64,000 bases of DNA from contig MU006089.1 in the NCBI GenBank assembly GCA_010093705.1, forward strand, positions 3,064,061-3,128,060. Reading direction: 5' to 3'. The DNA is from Patellaria atrata CBS 101060 (taxonomy: Eukaryota). Numbering within the stretch: the stretch's first letter is position 1; every line of letters begins with the position of its first letter. The notes below the pieces were generated by a model. The model was not told the origin of the DNA. It made no database searches and was given only the letters and a program-made list of their open reading frames with translations. A program made the position numbers and the translations under genes. Positions 12,469-26,289 of this stretch are shown here, one piece after another.

Positions 12469-13140
12469 TGTAATGAGAAGATAGTAAAGATGGTTTTGAA
12501 GGTATTGCTACGATTGGATGTATGATGGACAAAGGGTTTTGATATGTTTCTTAGGTTGAGATCGAGATCGAGGTTGAGCTGGAGTTGTGTGTAATGTGTT
12601 TTGTGTTGTAGGAAAAAGAAAGAAGTGCGACGGGCATGGCGAAGAAGGAACTCTTAATTGCTGAGCACGGACATTGTAAAATGCGGAGAGTAATATTGCA
12701 TTGGTGAATGGTAGATGTTACTTTTCAGAATGTGTGAATACAATGTCGGACTAGGAACATAGAGGCATGACCTCAACCCGTACTCCTGGGCACCGGGTAC
12801 ATGACCCTCTAATGTATCGGAGGGACAGGACAAAAACCATTATGACTTAGCAAGCTTCAGATATGAAGCCCAACACTTTTACCCTTATTATGGTACGCAC
12901 TACCATGCTGCTGTGTCTTTGCAGGACCTATTTCTATCTACTGTCAAAGTTGGCTCCTCGCAGGAGCTTGAGGCCTCCACAGTACGTGTCGGGAGATAGC
13001 CTATGTTAAGCATACCGTAAGTCAGAAGTACTATGACAAGGGAAGAGGTAATCTTACACCAGTTTGTGTCTAGCTAGCTCCTAAACTTCGAATGCTTCTT
13101 ATTACAATAGATCTGTTCGAACTTATCGTATTAATGGTAT

Positions 13141-13797
13141 GCGTAGCTCTTGATTTGCAGTGTGGTTCAGAGTCGGGTACTGCAAGCTCATTCCGACTCT
13201 TAGTAGCCCATGTAGTCGTTTTAGACTATCGAAGCTCGAGTCGGGGCAATAGGTAGCACCTTTGACGAACTAATTCTTAACGTAATCAAAGACCAGAGCA
13301 TCCAGAGCCACTGTAAACGAGATCTATCTATCCGAATTGAGCTCGTAAACAAAAGAAGTTAGCTAGGCGCGATATTAGCATTCACTTCGTTATTTCTCCA
13401 CGCTCGCATCTATAAGAATATCTTTGAAGTCAATATCCTTAAGCCATTCCCGAACAAGAAGTCGTCAATCAGGAAGTCAATCCCTGATGTGTTGTCTTTC
13501 CAAGGTGCTCAACTTCGGTTTAGATCTTACCACTCGTATAGGGTTAGGGAATAGAGGTATGGAAAACTTAGGGAGCATGATTTGGAAGACACAAAAGACG
13601 TTCCTCAGCCTCCTCTTAAGCTGAGGTTACCTTTAGAACATATCCTCGGGAACGGTGAATTCTTTTCGTTTCGCCATGGATTCTCTTGCTCTCCGACAAT
13701 TACAATGGTAGTAGCACCGCCTAGTCTCTATTCATTCAGTGATTACAAAAAGAGGCAGTCTATCCCATACGTTGGCGACTGCGCCGACAGCGTGTGA
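13141..13797 (+). pseudogene. Possible decayed ORF with TAG-only interruptions
   Basis: One frame (that of ORF 13582-13797) runs 13225-13797 with only two internal stops (TAG 13360, TAG 13552). Further TAGs at 13144, 13201, 13204, 13213, 13222. No family recognised. Confidence 0.35.
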
Positions 13798-14642
13798 GGT
13801 TTTCGTCTCGAGAGAACGTTTGACGCTAACTGGGAAAGTCATATCCTCGTTCGATGCCGCTTTTACTGATGCAACTGATATTGTTCTTTTTCTTCTTCGG
13901 GTATAAGTGTTATAGAACAATACACGAGGAATCGTGGATGGCATAAGACGAATATGTAGAGGTTGAAAATAATGGGCAACAGGACCAGCTAATACCTCGT
14001 AGAAGGACCACCACACAGGACATCTGATACTTTTGGATGTTCTCGACTTTACATGTAGACTTTGGTACATTGGGTTGACTTCATTCCTTCCCCTACCGTG
14101 ACGTTCGCGGGCACTGTACGTAACATTCAAGGAGTGCTGACTCTACTATATGGTGCATGGAAGTTGAGAACATAGAAGCGGTACCGCTAAATGAAACCGT
14201 AGATTGGAAGAATATCAACCATGACAAGGTGGGTCTGACGTCTCCAAACCTAATTCTACGTTTATGATTTTAATCGATGTTAGAGGCGGTTGGTGTCGGC
14301 GCAGCGCTCATAATTTGGGTTTCTTAGATGCTATTGCAGGGGGAGTTCCGAAGAGCTAAAGTTGTTGAAGTTATGTAGTTAGTAGAGGAAGCTTAATATC
14401 ATTTTGGAGACTGGCAGAGGAGAATACTGGAAGTCGAACTGGATGAAATGGAAATGGAGGATATGAGACGAGATGGGATGTCGTGATAAGATTTTGCGCT
14501 ATAATATAGCTAGTCCACATTAGGCGAAACAACCTGATAAGTTGATAGGCATTGTAATGATACATTGAAATACACTATGCTACCGTACAATCATCAATTA
14601 ATAATGGGCGGCATTCTAACTCTGCCTAGCACCTGTCCTACT

Positions 14643-17148
14643 TTATTGTTGTCCAGATGAATTATCAGTATGATGCTGAGCAACCTCATTTGAACTTTCT
14701 CCAGCCTTTGATTCTTCAGTGCTTCCACTTCCTTCCGGCTTTTCTTCATCTCTAGTTTCCGCTGCTTTGCTCCTTTCTGCTTCAGCAGCTTCTCTTGCAG
14801 CAGCTTCTGCAGCCGCTCTCGCAGTCTCCGCTTCTCGCTCGGCATTTACAAACCTCTCGCCCAACCCTGGCCACAAAGAAGCCAAAAAGAGTGCTGTACT
14901 CCGTTCGACTGCACGTAACCTTTCATATAGTGAGTTACGATTCCTTGTTTCTCGCTCTCGGATGAGCCTCTGAGCAGTATCTTCCGGGGTAGGTACCGAT
15001 TGTGCAACACGGCCTGTGACATCGGGATTGGCAGGTTGTTGGTTGACTGGTACGGGTCTGTTCGCCGGTGGTAGTGCTTGCGGTAATAAAGTATCAAAAT
15101 GACGTCGAATGGCCTGGAAACGGTCTCTGAACAAACCAACTTGGACCAAGAATAGTATGGAGCCGATCAAACCTAGAACAAGGAACTGCCACCTGCTACC
15201 ACCCGAAAAGACGTAGATAAAGCCAAAGATACGGACCAGCAGCCAGAAATGCGCTAGTAAAGGTCCTATCGCGGCCCGTATGTTGATGCGGAACTCAGGG
15301 GGATCCAGAGCACCGTTATCTGCGGCCAAGGGGGGGTTGGCGTTCTGAGCAAGGTTGATGAGAGGAGGTAAATTGCCTTGAACATTTGGTGGAAGAACAT
15401 GATTGAATGCGCCATTTGGCTGTACATTGGTGCGGTATGTGCCCGAAGGAGAAACAAGGAGTGCATAGGGTCCCGCCGGAGAAGAGAGTAGATATACTTG
15501 AGTCTGAGTTGAGGCCGAAACAACATGAGGTGCTGGGTTGCCGGCCGCGGAAGTACTACCGGCAAGGGGACGCGTTTGGTTTTGAATACCATTTGCGGAG
15601 TGTTCTATTGGATGAGGTCGTTCAAATATTGGTCGTTCCGACTGAGGTAAACTAGCCCGGGCTTCATTTATGTTGCGTAAGATATCGTTCGCCTGATAAC
15701 GCAACCGGTCATTGACGCTTGTCAAAGAGTTTAGACTCTGTTGAGCTCGGGCTTGTTGCAGATTCATTGTCGTAAGCTCGTTCTGAAATTGATTTATCTG
15801 CCGAAGCGCATTCTGTGCAACATTCTGAAGGGTATCCAGACGAGGACCAGCTTGACCATCTGTGGCGACAGATTGCTCGCTCTGGGCCCCTGAACCTTGA
15901 GTTCCCGCTGTATTGCCCTGATTTAAGGACCTTGCTAGAGCTTGAATATCTGCCAGTTCCCTCTCTAGATCCCTCGTTACACGTGCAATATTGGAGGAAG
16001 GTCTAAAGCCTATGTTTGTACCATTATTCCCTAACATAGGCGGGAGTGGTGGAAAATTAGGCGGGAGTGGTGGAAAATTAGGCGGGAGTGGTGGAAAATT
16101 TGGCGGACCATGGGATTGAGTTGGTGCACCGGGCGCATGTGCTGGTGTTGACCCTCCTGTGATAGTATTATTCACCGTTATTGTCCAACTCGCTTCGTGT
16201 GGCCCTATAGTTGCTCTCGTAATAGTGCGCGTCACACTTGGCGTGCGAGTATGACGGTCTGGGGGCGGCTGGGACTGTGATCTCTGCGCTGCTAATTGCA
16301 ACTCAGGATTACCTTCTTCATTTGTTCCTTGCATATGACTCCTAATCATGTTTGCGCCCACACCTTGCATACCTGTAGCAGCTCTCTGTTGTTGTTGCGC
16401 AATAACTTGGTGAAATTGATCCCGCGGTTGGTTGTTCTCCGTCTGGCCATTACCCACCGTCTCAGCTGTTGGGCCTGCTTGGGGAGTAGTTGTATTTGCT
16501 TGATTGCGACCAGTAGCAGCTTGCTGTGCCCGAAAAGCCGCCAACTGCTGGTTGATCTGTTGACTCAACTGTTGGTGTATTTGTTGTTGAACCTGTCTAT
16601 TGATGGTATCTGCGATGTTAGGGCCTAAATTGCCTGGAAGCTGAGGAAGTTGAAATGGTCCAATTACGAGTTGAGCTTGGGGTACTGATTGGGTCGTAGG
16701 AGCATTATGGTTATGAACGCGGGGAGGAAGCTGCGGTTGGGACTGAGGTCTCGCAACTACGGCAGGAGCTCGTGGTGCTGTTACTAGCTCTCGGAGGACT
16801 AAGTGTAAGGTATGGCTATCCGATTGCTTTAACTGTCTAGTCGTTAGAAGGGCGTCCTACAGGTATGTGGCCTTTGGGAAATAGTCTTACGGCTTCTGTA
16901 CCAAATACACCCTCCATCGTAGCATCATTATCCGCCATCACGCGGCCCCGGTATATGAGCCTCTGGCGATCGATTGAGGGATGGGTTGGGACAGCATCTC
17001 GTATCTTGACCTTGAGCTCGCCCACGGTCATCTTTGGAGAGATGGATGGGAAAATGAGATCACCGCTAACCTCAGTAGAAGGTGAAAGTACTTTCAAATT
17101 GATTAGTGGCTGTTCTGAGTCGACCGATTCATCATCTGAGCTCGACAT
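14643..17148 (-). CDS. Ubiquitin-like domain membrane protein (HERP/Usa1-like architecture), ~815 aa
   Basis: Exons 17148-16891 and 16832-14643 (intron GTAAGA...CTAAC...CAG). N-terminal UBL (TVGELKVKIRD...QRLIYRGRVM...HTLHLVLR), Q/P-rich middle, two hydrophobic segments, C-terminal LFLASLWPGLGER. Confidence 0.8.
16039..16107 (-). repeat. 21-nt coding tandem repeat x3 (PPNFPPL)
   Basis: GGCGGGAGTGGTGGAAAATTA repeated three times on the + strand. Confidence 0.92.
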
Positions 17149-17537
17149 GTTGTCCAGTACGGGATGTAATAAGTATTAGAAGCCGTCAAATTTAAGATAA
17201 GTTAGAACTAGAGCACATGAGCATCTATTGAGGTGGACAGCACGGTACTCCAAATATGTATCGTGGACTGTAGGTAGACCTGGGAGCGCGTTTCTTGCTG
17301 GTGGGAAACGTGGAAGGTTAAGAGGTAATGCTTGGCAGTGACAGGTATCTGTAGTGACCCCTTGTCGATAAGCGTGCCCGACATCATACCCATGATACCC
17401 TGAACCCTTTATCACCGATCGTCTGAGTGAAACTTCAACTTCGATATTGCTTTTGCTCCAATTATTCTTCATCAAAACGAGACTACTAGAAAAATACATC
17501 ACCATCACCAGCTAACAAATTATTCGATGACCTGGAA

Positions 17538-19349
17538 ATGACAAGTCTCTCAATTGCGCGACAGGTGGGTTTTGCGCGGCTTACCGTCTGTTTTCATTGT
17601 ACACCAGCGCGCAATTATGTCACTTTACGACCGAATCAGGTGCGGGTGATTCAACATTCTCGATTATTTTCATCTTCGAGGACTCGGCTACAGCAACAAC
17701 AGCAACAGCATCGTAAAGAATCTTTTTCTTCGAGACTCCGTTCTGCGTTGCGAAAGACTAGGGTCGAGTGGAAACCCATACCAGTTGGACTCGGCATCGC
17801 GTTTCTTGGAGGGTTCCAGTTATATAGGGTCCAGCAACGGGAGAAAGCCCGGAAAGAAGAAGAAGAATGGGATGATGTTAAGAATATAAGCTCAGGGGGC
17901 GATGGCGGGGACGGTGAGGATGGCGGTAAGCCCAAAAGGCGGAAAAGGATACGTCCTAGTGGTCCTTGGTATGATGGAAGAGAATAATCAGAATAATTCC
18001 GCTGTATCATGACTGATATATGACTTAGGCAAGTCCAGATTATGTCTACACTGCCATTGAAGGCATTGTCGCGACTGTGGGGCAAGTTTAATGAGATACC
18101 AATACCGTACTATCTGCGTATTCCAGGCTTTAAGCTTTATTCATTCATATTTGGAGTCAAGTAAGCAATATTGCACCGAATACAAAGATAACCACTGATT
18201 ATAATTAGCTTGGATGAAGTTTCAGAACCTGATTTGCATGTATACCCAAATCTGGCAGCTTTTTTTTATCGTACACTAAAACCGGGAGTTCGACCCTTGG
18301 ACCCTAACTCCAATGCTTTACTCTCACCTGCTGATGGGAAAGTCATCCAATTTGGGATCATAGACAATGGCGAGGTCGAGCAGGTCAAGGGCGTGACATA
18401 CAGCTTAGATGCGTTACTTGGATCTCGAAGGCCCAGCATGTCTGGGACATCTACTCCCACTTCTGATATAAACGCATCATCCAGATCCCCACAACCTAGT
18501 CCAGATAGAGAAAAATCGGGGGATGAGGATAAAGTGCGAGCAGACGAAGAATTTGCAAGTATCAATGGAATATCCTATACTTTACCTCACATTCTTTCCG
18601 GTCCGCCGAGAGACAAAGGAGAGAAAGTTGACCTCCCAACGGACCAGTCTACCACTTCAAAACCCTCATCCGAAGCTGAAGTCCGGGCCGATTTAGCTCT
18701 ATCTGATGAAACACGACCTTGGTGGGCGCCTACGTCTGCTAAAACACCAACTGCACTATATTATTGCGTTATATACCTTGCCCCTGGAGATTACCACCGA
18801 TTTCATTCCCCGACATCTTGGGTAGTGGAGAGCAGACGTCATTTTGCGGGTGAGCTATATAGCGTGTCGCCTTACCTACAACGTACACTACCAGGCCTAT
18901 TTACACTCAATGAACGAGTCGTCTTGCTGGGGAGATGGCGTTGGGGATTCTTTTCGTACACCCCTGTCGGGGCCACGAATGTTGGATCGATCAAAATCAA
19001 CTTCGATAGGGAGTTGCGAACAAACTCTTTGACAACCGATACGGCGGCAGATCGAGCGGCACAAGAGGCCCAGGAGCGCGGCGAAGTTTATTCGGGATTT
19101 GCAGAAGCAACATACGAGGGAGCAAGCAGTACTTTAGGAGGTCATCCATTAAAGCGGGGTGAGGAGATGGGTGGTTTTCAGCTTGGTAGCACGATCGTGT
19201 TAGTTTTCGAGGCCCCAAAGGGAAGCCGAGGGACCTTCGATGAGGGATATAAGCCTGATAGACCCGGTGGATGGAAATGGAATATTTCACCCGGTCAGAA
19301 GGTTAAAGTTGGCCAGGCAATTGGGTATGTTGATACTGATCAAGAGTAA
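17538..19349 (+). CDS. PSD1: Mitochondrial phosphatidylserine decarboxylase proenzyme
   Basis: Exons 17538-17968, 18029-18160, 18209-19349. Arg/Ser-rich targeting peptide; motifs SPADG, EQVKG, YLAPGDYHRFHSP, VGATNVGSI and the self-cleavage site LGST. Confidence 0.95.
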
Positions 19350-19934
19350 AGCACTTATGTCGTCTGGGATTTGTAACATATGTATCTTATTATCTGTTGT
19401 CATATACAGTCTATAAATATCAGATATCATTACTTATATAGCTACATGCTCTGTACAGAGGTTTCGTGATATGATAATTGTAAACCGGGCCACTGGCTTA
19501 TCATTATGGTGCAATTCGAGGATTCCCCTAAATGGTAGTGCTGTACGATCTAAGATGAAAACATAAAAATTGTATTGAAACCGAACATTACGTTCATCCT
19601 CCTAATTTAGAATTAGAGAGTGTACCTGATAAGGAATTTAAAAGTAAGAATATTCGCTATGGTGCAATGGGATAATATTAGGTATGTATTCCCCAGTTCA
19701 CAGTTTGAGTCCCGCCAATGGCTTAATATTGGAATATTACAAGCAAATCTCCGGGGGTTCTTGGCTTTCATCCTCCTTCGAGGCTGAAAGATTTCTTTGG
19801 CTACTTTTTTTTTCAATTTTCGATATCCATTTCAATACCTTTTGCATATCTCTACTTTTATATAACGTTCTATGTGCTGACGATCTCTTGATGATGATGT
19901 AAACATTCGGATCCCTGCACCAGCTGGCTCTCCA

Positions 19935-19952
19935 TCGCGTCGCGTAAACGCG
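19935..19952. promoter_or_regulatory. Cluster of three CGCG cores (MCB/MBF-like sites) upstream of RDH54
   Basis: TCGCGTCGCGTAAACGCG about 75-90 nt before ATG 20028; ACGCG cores are the known MBF site for DNA repair and S-phase genes. Confidence 0.55.
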
Positions 19953-20027
19953 GTGCCACCTGATTGTCCTAAAATATACCTATTGCCAGCAATTCCATAT
20001 ATCTGCGCTATTAAGGGTGGACAAACA

Positions 20028-22914
20028 ATGCCTAAACCTTTTCTACCACCGTTATTGAACCGCCGACCATCTGGACAGCTGAGCTATAACATTCATGCTT
20101 CGCAAAGCTGTCCCCCAGTAAAAAGGCGACGAATATCTCAAGATCAAGGGGATGACGAGGTGCTACAAGAGCGAACAGCTCCTCTCTATGGAATTTCTAG
20201 GACTCCCAGTAGGCCTCGGAATCCATTGCTTGCTGTTGTGAATCCTGCGGCTGCAGAAGCCGCAAAAGCTCCTGCTAATGCCGGAGTCGAGGGATATTAT
20301 ATCGTTCTTTGGTAAGAAACTCGACCTCTTATAGAGAAAATCTGACGTTGATTCTAACCCTAGGCGAAAATTCACTACGAAAAAGAACAAGACCTGGGAC
20401 GGTGATGGTGTACTTTCATTGACGGGTGGCTTTGCGCATCTCCAGGATATTTCAGGTAAAGAGCTTGGTAAAACGGCATGGAATGCACCCCTTCTTCCTG
20501 GATCCGCCTTGTCTATTGGAGGGAAGGACGTGGAAGTTGACTGTATGATCTCAAAAGCCGATTTCCTTGCTGGAAAACCATTCCTAGGCGGCATGAAACC
20601 ACCTCCCCCAGTAGCCACGGCTGCGACTCCAAAGGGTTTCAAAGCGCAAATCAAGCAAGAGAAGTTGGCTTCACAGCAAGCGAAAACATTCAATATTACA
20701 GCGGCAAAAACTAAAGCTACGACGTCGACATTCAAAACACCTCTTCTATCCACTACAGTGATGCCTAAATGTCCAGGAAATAAACCTCGACCTAGGCATG
20801 ATCCAAACGTAGAAGGTGCCCTAGTAATGAAGAGACTGGAAAGCGTACCTAAAGGAAAGCAGATTGTGGACGTAGTTGTAGATCCGCATCTAAGTAAGAG
20901 AATGCGGGAGCATCAAAAGGAAGGCGTCATGTTTCTGTACGAGTGCGTTATGGGGATGCGTCACGAGGGCGAAGGCGCTATTCTCGCTGATTCCATGGGC
21001 CTAGGAAAGACTTTGCAGACTATAGCCCTCTTATGGACTTTACTCAAGCAGAACCCTATATACGGAGATCCACCAGTGATCAAAAAGGCGTTAATTGTGT
21101 GTCCCGTCGGTCTCATCAACAATTGGCGACAGGAATTCTGGCGTTGGCTGGGAAAAGAGAGGGTTGGGGTATTCACTTTCATGGAGGAGAAGAAGAGAAA
21201 GATTAGAATTACCGATTTTACTATGGGTAAAGTGTATAGTATCATGATCGTCGGTTATGAGAAGCTTCGCACCGTACAAGAAGAGCTTAGGAGGGGCTCA
21301 GGGGTGGATATTGTTATCCTTGATGAGGGTCATAAATTAAAGACGGCACAGAACAAGGCAGCATTAGCTGTGAAAGCTTTCGGCACCGAAAAGAGGATTT
21401 ATCTATCAGGAACCCCTATCCAGAACGACCTGAGCGAATTCTTCTACGCCGCAGATCTTGTCAATCCCGGGCTACTGGGTAAATGGACAACGTTTAAAAG
21501 GGAATTTGAGGGACCGATCTTAAAGATGCGTCAACCAGAAGCTACGGCAAAAGACATCGAGAAGGGCAAAGGCAGAGAAGAGGAATTACAAGAGATCTCG
21601 AAGCGATTTATGCTTCGACGCGGTCAGGAGATAATGTCAAAATACCTCCCTCCCAAGACAGAATACGTTCTCTTTTGCCGTCCTACAAACGTTCAAGCTT
21701 CCGTCTACCGAAGCGTACTTCAATCACCAGCCTTCAACGCCGTACTAGGCAGCTCAGAAGCCTCCCTCCAACTCATCAACGTCCTCAAGAAAGTCTGCAA
21801 CAGCCCTTCGTTGTTGCGCTCTAGAGGCGACAAAGACTCTGAAACCACGTCAAACGAAACAATCGCCTCTCTACTAACCTCCATCCCCTACTCGCTCCTC
21901 AAAACCGCGGGCGCAAGCGGCAAACTCCAAGTCCTCGACAGCCTGCTCCACCGACTGCACACCACGACCTCCGAAAAGGTAGTACTCGTCTCAAACTACA
22001 CCTCGACCCTCGACATCCTCGGCAACCTCCTCTCCGCGCTCTCCTACCCCTTCCTCCGCCTCGACGGCTCCACACCAGCTCCCAAACGCCAACCACTCGT
22101 CGACAAATTCAACAACGCGACGCAAGACGACTGTTTCGCCTTCCTGCTCTCCGCGAAAGCCGGGGGCGTCGGGCTCAACCTCATCGGCGCCTCTCGGCTC
22201 GTGCTCTTCGACGTGGACTGGAACCCAAGCACGGACCTGCAGGCCATGGCGCGGATCCATAGGGACGGGCAGTTGCTGCATTGTAGGATCTATCGCCTGC
22301 TGACGATGGGGGCGTTGGACGAGAAGATCTATCAGCGCCAGCTTACCAAGACCGGGTTGGCGGATAGCGTGGTGGATGGGAAGGAGTCGGTGAGTTCGTT
22401 TTCGAGGGAGGAGTTGAGGGATTTGTTCAGATTGGATGAGGGGGAGAGGTGTAGGACGCATGAGGTGCTGAGGTGTGAGTGTGGGGGGAAGGGTAATGTG
22501 CAGGCGCTTGAGGCCAAAGCTGAGGAGGGTGAAGTGGTGGGATTGGAGATCGAGGAGGATGAGGAGGAAGTCTTTCCGGATCTCCCGGCGCTGGTGAAAG
22601 CTAGTCAGGTTGATATTGCGGAGCAGGAGAGAAGAATCAAGGAAACGGCTGAGGCGAAGGCGTTGGCGGCGAGGGGATCTAAGCAGAGAGGGAAATATGA
22701 GGCTTTAATGGAGTATCTGCATATCGACACGGCTTTGTTGAGCAAGAAAGAGCGTGACGATGAGGCGGCGACACCAGGAGGCGAGGAAGGTGATGACGAA
22801 GTTACCGCTGTAGATGAGATTGAGGCACTCGTGGACGATGAAGTACTGCTCAACGTGCTGAAGGAAGAGGGATGTCGGGTTAAATTCATGTTTTCGAAGC
22901 TGAACACTAGTTAG
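20028..22914 (+). CDS. RDH54: SNF2-family DNA translocase Rdh54/Rad54B
   Basis: Exons 20028-20311 and 20364-22914. WRKFTTKKNKTWDGDG N-terminal motif, ILADSMGLGKT, DEGHKLK, SGTPIQNDL, DWNPSTDLQAMARIHRDGQ. Confidence 0.92.
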
Positions 22915-24082
22915 GGATGGAGAGTAGCTTTGCACATGAAAGGTACACTCGGATACATAAACAGGGAGGCACATATATCCTCGAAATATAGTTAGACGTC
23001 TCTTGATGCATAATTAAGCTTCCACATACATCTATCAGCACTCCGTCATCAGTACCTCCTCGATGCATTTTCGAACAAACCAATCACTACACAGCTCCAA
23101 GCTCACCGTGCTTTCCCATCTCTTCCCTCCACAGAACTCATACACGCCTGTCAAGAGAGTGCAGTGCACGCATTCTAACTTCAACAAATTCTACTCTTGA
23201 AAGTTACTTTACCCATACATCCTTCTATCCTCGTACGACAAAAAGTGAGAAACAGCTCACATGCGAGGGTACAGCAGGCAAAGACCTCAGCGAGAAGTAA
23301 ACGCATAACTCCTCCACATCGAGCTTTCTCATCTAGTGTAAAAAATTGAGTGTGATTACTACTGTACTACAGCACCCAGCTACATACCGCTGATAATGCT
23401 CCTTCGCGCTGTTTATCATCCAATCCTCTTTAAATGATTAAATTTTCTTTATCATACCGAAGAATACCTGAAGTAAATCGTGTAGCTACGGGAAGGATCA
23501 CGCTATCAGCAGTATGCAGTCGAGGGCTGTACAGGAAGCCCTGTTCTAAGGGTATGGCCTTCCTGTGGTGCCATTCTCTCACCTGAGTGCTGCTTGGTAA
23601 ATGTATACGGTTTTCGAAGTTCTGGAAGTATGGCGGAATGCATTTGACATTGTTTGTAGGATCAGTTTGGGTGAGAGGATGAGGGGAAGGGACGTAATGG
23701 CTGATATGTTGTGGAATTGGTGGGTTATTGGGTATCATAGGTGACGTATTGCACAATACGAGGTATGTAGGTTATTAGATTGTATTGTGTTGGTGAGGTA
23801 TGTGAGTGGCTGCATATTCGAGTATTCTGATACAAAGGTACTTTTGCATGATATCGCAAGTACACTAGACAGAATTGGAAATGGTCATATTGCTATGTAG
23901 TGATGAGGGTTTCATTCATGCGTTGACGATATATTTATGAGATGAGAGTCTAAAAAGGGGAAAACGAATGCACCCCATTGAAGAACAGAAATCGTCCGAT
24001 GGGTAAGGAATGCAAAGCCTTGTAAAGGTCCAGTTACCACAGATATCAGTGTAGATATCGGACCGAAGGATCGGGTTAAGGA

Positions 24083-24625
24083 CTATACAGGAAGGCGTGC
24101 TTCCTCCAATTCTTCCTCCGCGTCCCGGTCACCGTTTTTCAACGGCTCGTACTCCCCTGATGCATGTCCTGCTCCCGCACAGTCCTCGCACTCTCTCGAG
24201 TGCTTAACCATCCTCCCGACATCGACAAGTACAAACCAGACATGGACACCGCAACACAGCATCTGCGGTACCGTGGCATAAGTCCCGAGGATAATCTGGC
24301 CATTATCCCGATAGAACTCCGTCAACACTATCCAAGAGATGATCAGGAGGACGAGGTAGAGGATTACGAGCACGAAGTCCAAAACCAAAATGTTAAGTGG
24401 TGAGAGCTGGATCGGAGAACCTCCGTAGCTGATCTGGTTCCGATGGAGAAGATACATTGCAATGAGCGCGGAGAAGACGAGGGGGATTATCCCTAGAGCG
24501 GGAACGGCTTGACCGGCGATGATGCCGTGAAGGAAAGCGAGAATAAATCCCGGGGGAAAAGCATAGAGAGTGAGATAGCGTAGAGCACGCGGAAGACTTA
24601 GAGGAGGGGATTGTTGAGAGGGCAT
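24083..24625 (-). CDS. Small multi-pass (about 4 TM) membrane protein of unknown function
   Basis: Likely start MPSQQ at 24625 within the 218-aa ORF; four hydrophobic stretches and an acidic tail. Confidence 0.7.
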   Translation of the reverse strand: MPSQQSPPLSLPRALRYLTLYAFPPGFILAFLHGIIAGQAVPALGIIPLVFSALIAMYLLHRNQISYGGSPIQLSPLNILVLDFVLVILYLVLLIISWIVLTEFYRDNGQIILGTYATVPQMLCCGVHVWFVLVDVGRMVKHSRECEDCAGAGHASGEYEPLKNGDRDAEEELEEARLPV

Positions 24626-25668
24626 CGTGGAAGACTTGGTTGAAAGTGAATGGGTATGGTTGGAGATAGATCGAATATGGGACCAAGTTTCTGAGGTTGT
24701 AGAAGATGCTGTCGGAATAGTTCCGGACATGAGATGCAAGGCGAGATGATGAATTGAAAGTTAAGAATCGAGTTCACTTAATCACCTTTTTATACATTTT
24801 CTGATTTTTGTGTCGATGGTGGTTTGAGGATTGTTCGCCACTGGTCAGGCATCAGAAACATGAGGTTTGGGGTCCGGATCTTCAGAGCTAGGCCTGAAGA
24901 ATTTCAGAGGAGTCTTGAGAGTGAGGCTCCGCCTACCGGGTTACCACAAAGGATCAAGACCAAGAAATCAAGCACTTCACAAAGCATGACAACCTAAGCG
25001 ATTCAGCCTTGTTAGTTCTTTTATAGAACAAGAGCGACCGTAAGGTAGACGGGAGCAGGTTGAGATGGGGCGAGCCATCTGTATCCAATCTTGTAACGGA
25101 AATCCTGTCGAAATGGGAATTCCTCTTATAACTCGAGATCGAACCTACATAATCGCAGCCGCGCCGTTTCAAAACTTAACTGAGGTAGGGTGTCAGGCAT
25201 AGGGTATGTAGTACAGCTCCTGCATCTCTCATCTCTGATGCTTTCAAATATCTGTCCGCTTCAGATTTGTTTCCTATCTCTCGAAGCGCTCCCGTCAGTG
25301 TTGGGAGACTGTCGTGGAGGGTTGGTCTGACATCTGAGTGAACAACAGCTCCCACAGAATGAGAAGTACAGTGCAACCTTATAGAAATAAGTTATTCAAG
25401 GCGCTTATACCAGGCGCTTACCTGAATCTGTATCTCAGCCTCGAGCTGACCTCTTCTCTCATAGGTGGCATCCTGCACCTGAACCCCAAGTCTGCATGTT
25501 TACATAGAACGACGATCTAACCGTGTCGTCCGCTCCATACCACTGCCATGATGTGCGACGTGAGTTAGAACGAAAAGAAACAGACCCCAAGAAGAATAAA
25601 TAAGACCTTAAAGAGAATGATTCCTGGAGCTCTTCACCATACTTCCACATATCACCTCTACTGTCGAA

Positions 25669-26122
25669 ATGACGGCCCCCGATACCCATTCTCCGCCTGT
25701 ACCCGCGTAGTGAGAAAGCATTTTGTGCACTTACTAAGAACAAGTTTCGACTCATCCAGGTCCGCTCCCGCCTTCCCCCAAAGCCTGGACAAGTCCACAG
25801 CCGCCGCAGCAGGGAATCAACGGAGGAGCCAGAGCATTGTAGGTCTATCGAGGAGAGTGACTACCTCGCAGTGAGATTTAGCCATGGTGCAAAGACTTCC
25901 CGCGCTGTAGTCGTCGGATGGTCCAAGGATGCCAACTTGGTCTTAGAGAAAGCGACAGGGATCAGTCCGGTTCACGTTACCTTCACCTTCGATAAACTGA
26001 ACAGGCCGATAGTAAGAGACTTGCGCTCTCGGTGTTGGGCAAAAGTCACCTATGGCGGCGAGGGGGGAGAGCGGCGTTCCGACTTCGACACACTCATCGT
26101 CCGCTTGACAGCCATAGAATAA
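25669..26122 (+). pseudogene. Relic of an FHA-like N-terminal domain of a fungal FHA-protein kinase family, frameshifted and truncated
   Basis: ATG ACG GCC CCC GAT ACC, one extra C, then ILRLYP...SRESTEEP...LAVRFSHGAKT...VVGW...GISPVHVTFTFDKLNRPIVRDL...VTYGGEGGERRSDF. No kinase motifs follow. Confidence 0.6.
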
Positions 26123-26289
26123 GACGGCTCTAACGAACTGGAACCTTTACGATCGCCCATGTCCGATTGGACTTCGAGCGATGGGACCATACTCCCACTT
26201 CCAAGCCCACTTGCAACAGAAGTGAAAGAAACCGCAAGCTATCAATGCCTCGTTGAAGATTGCGGTAGGCCCGTCTAAGGAAGAAATCA

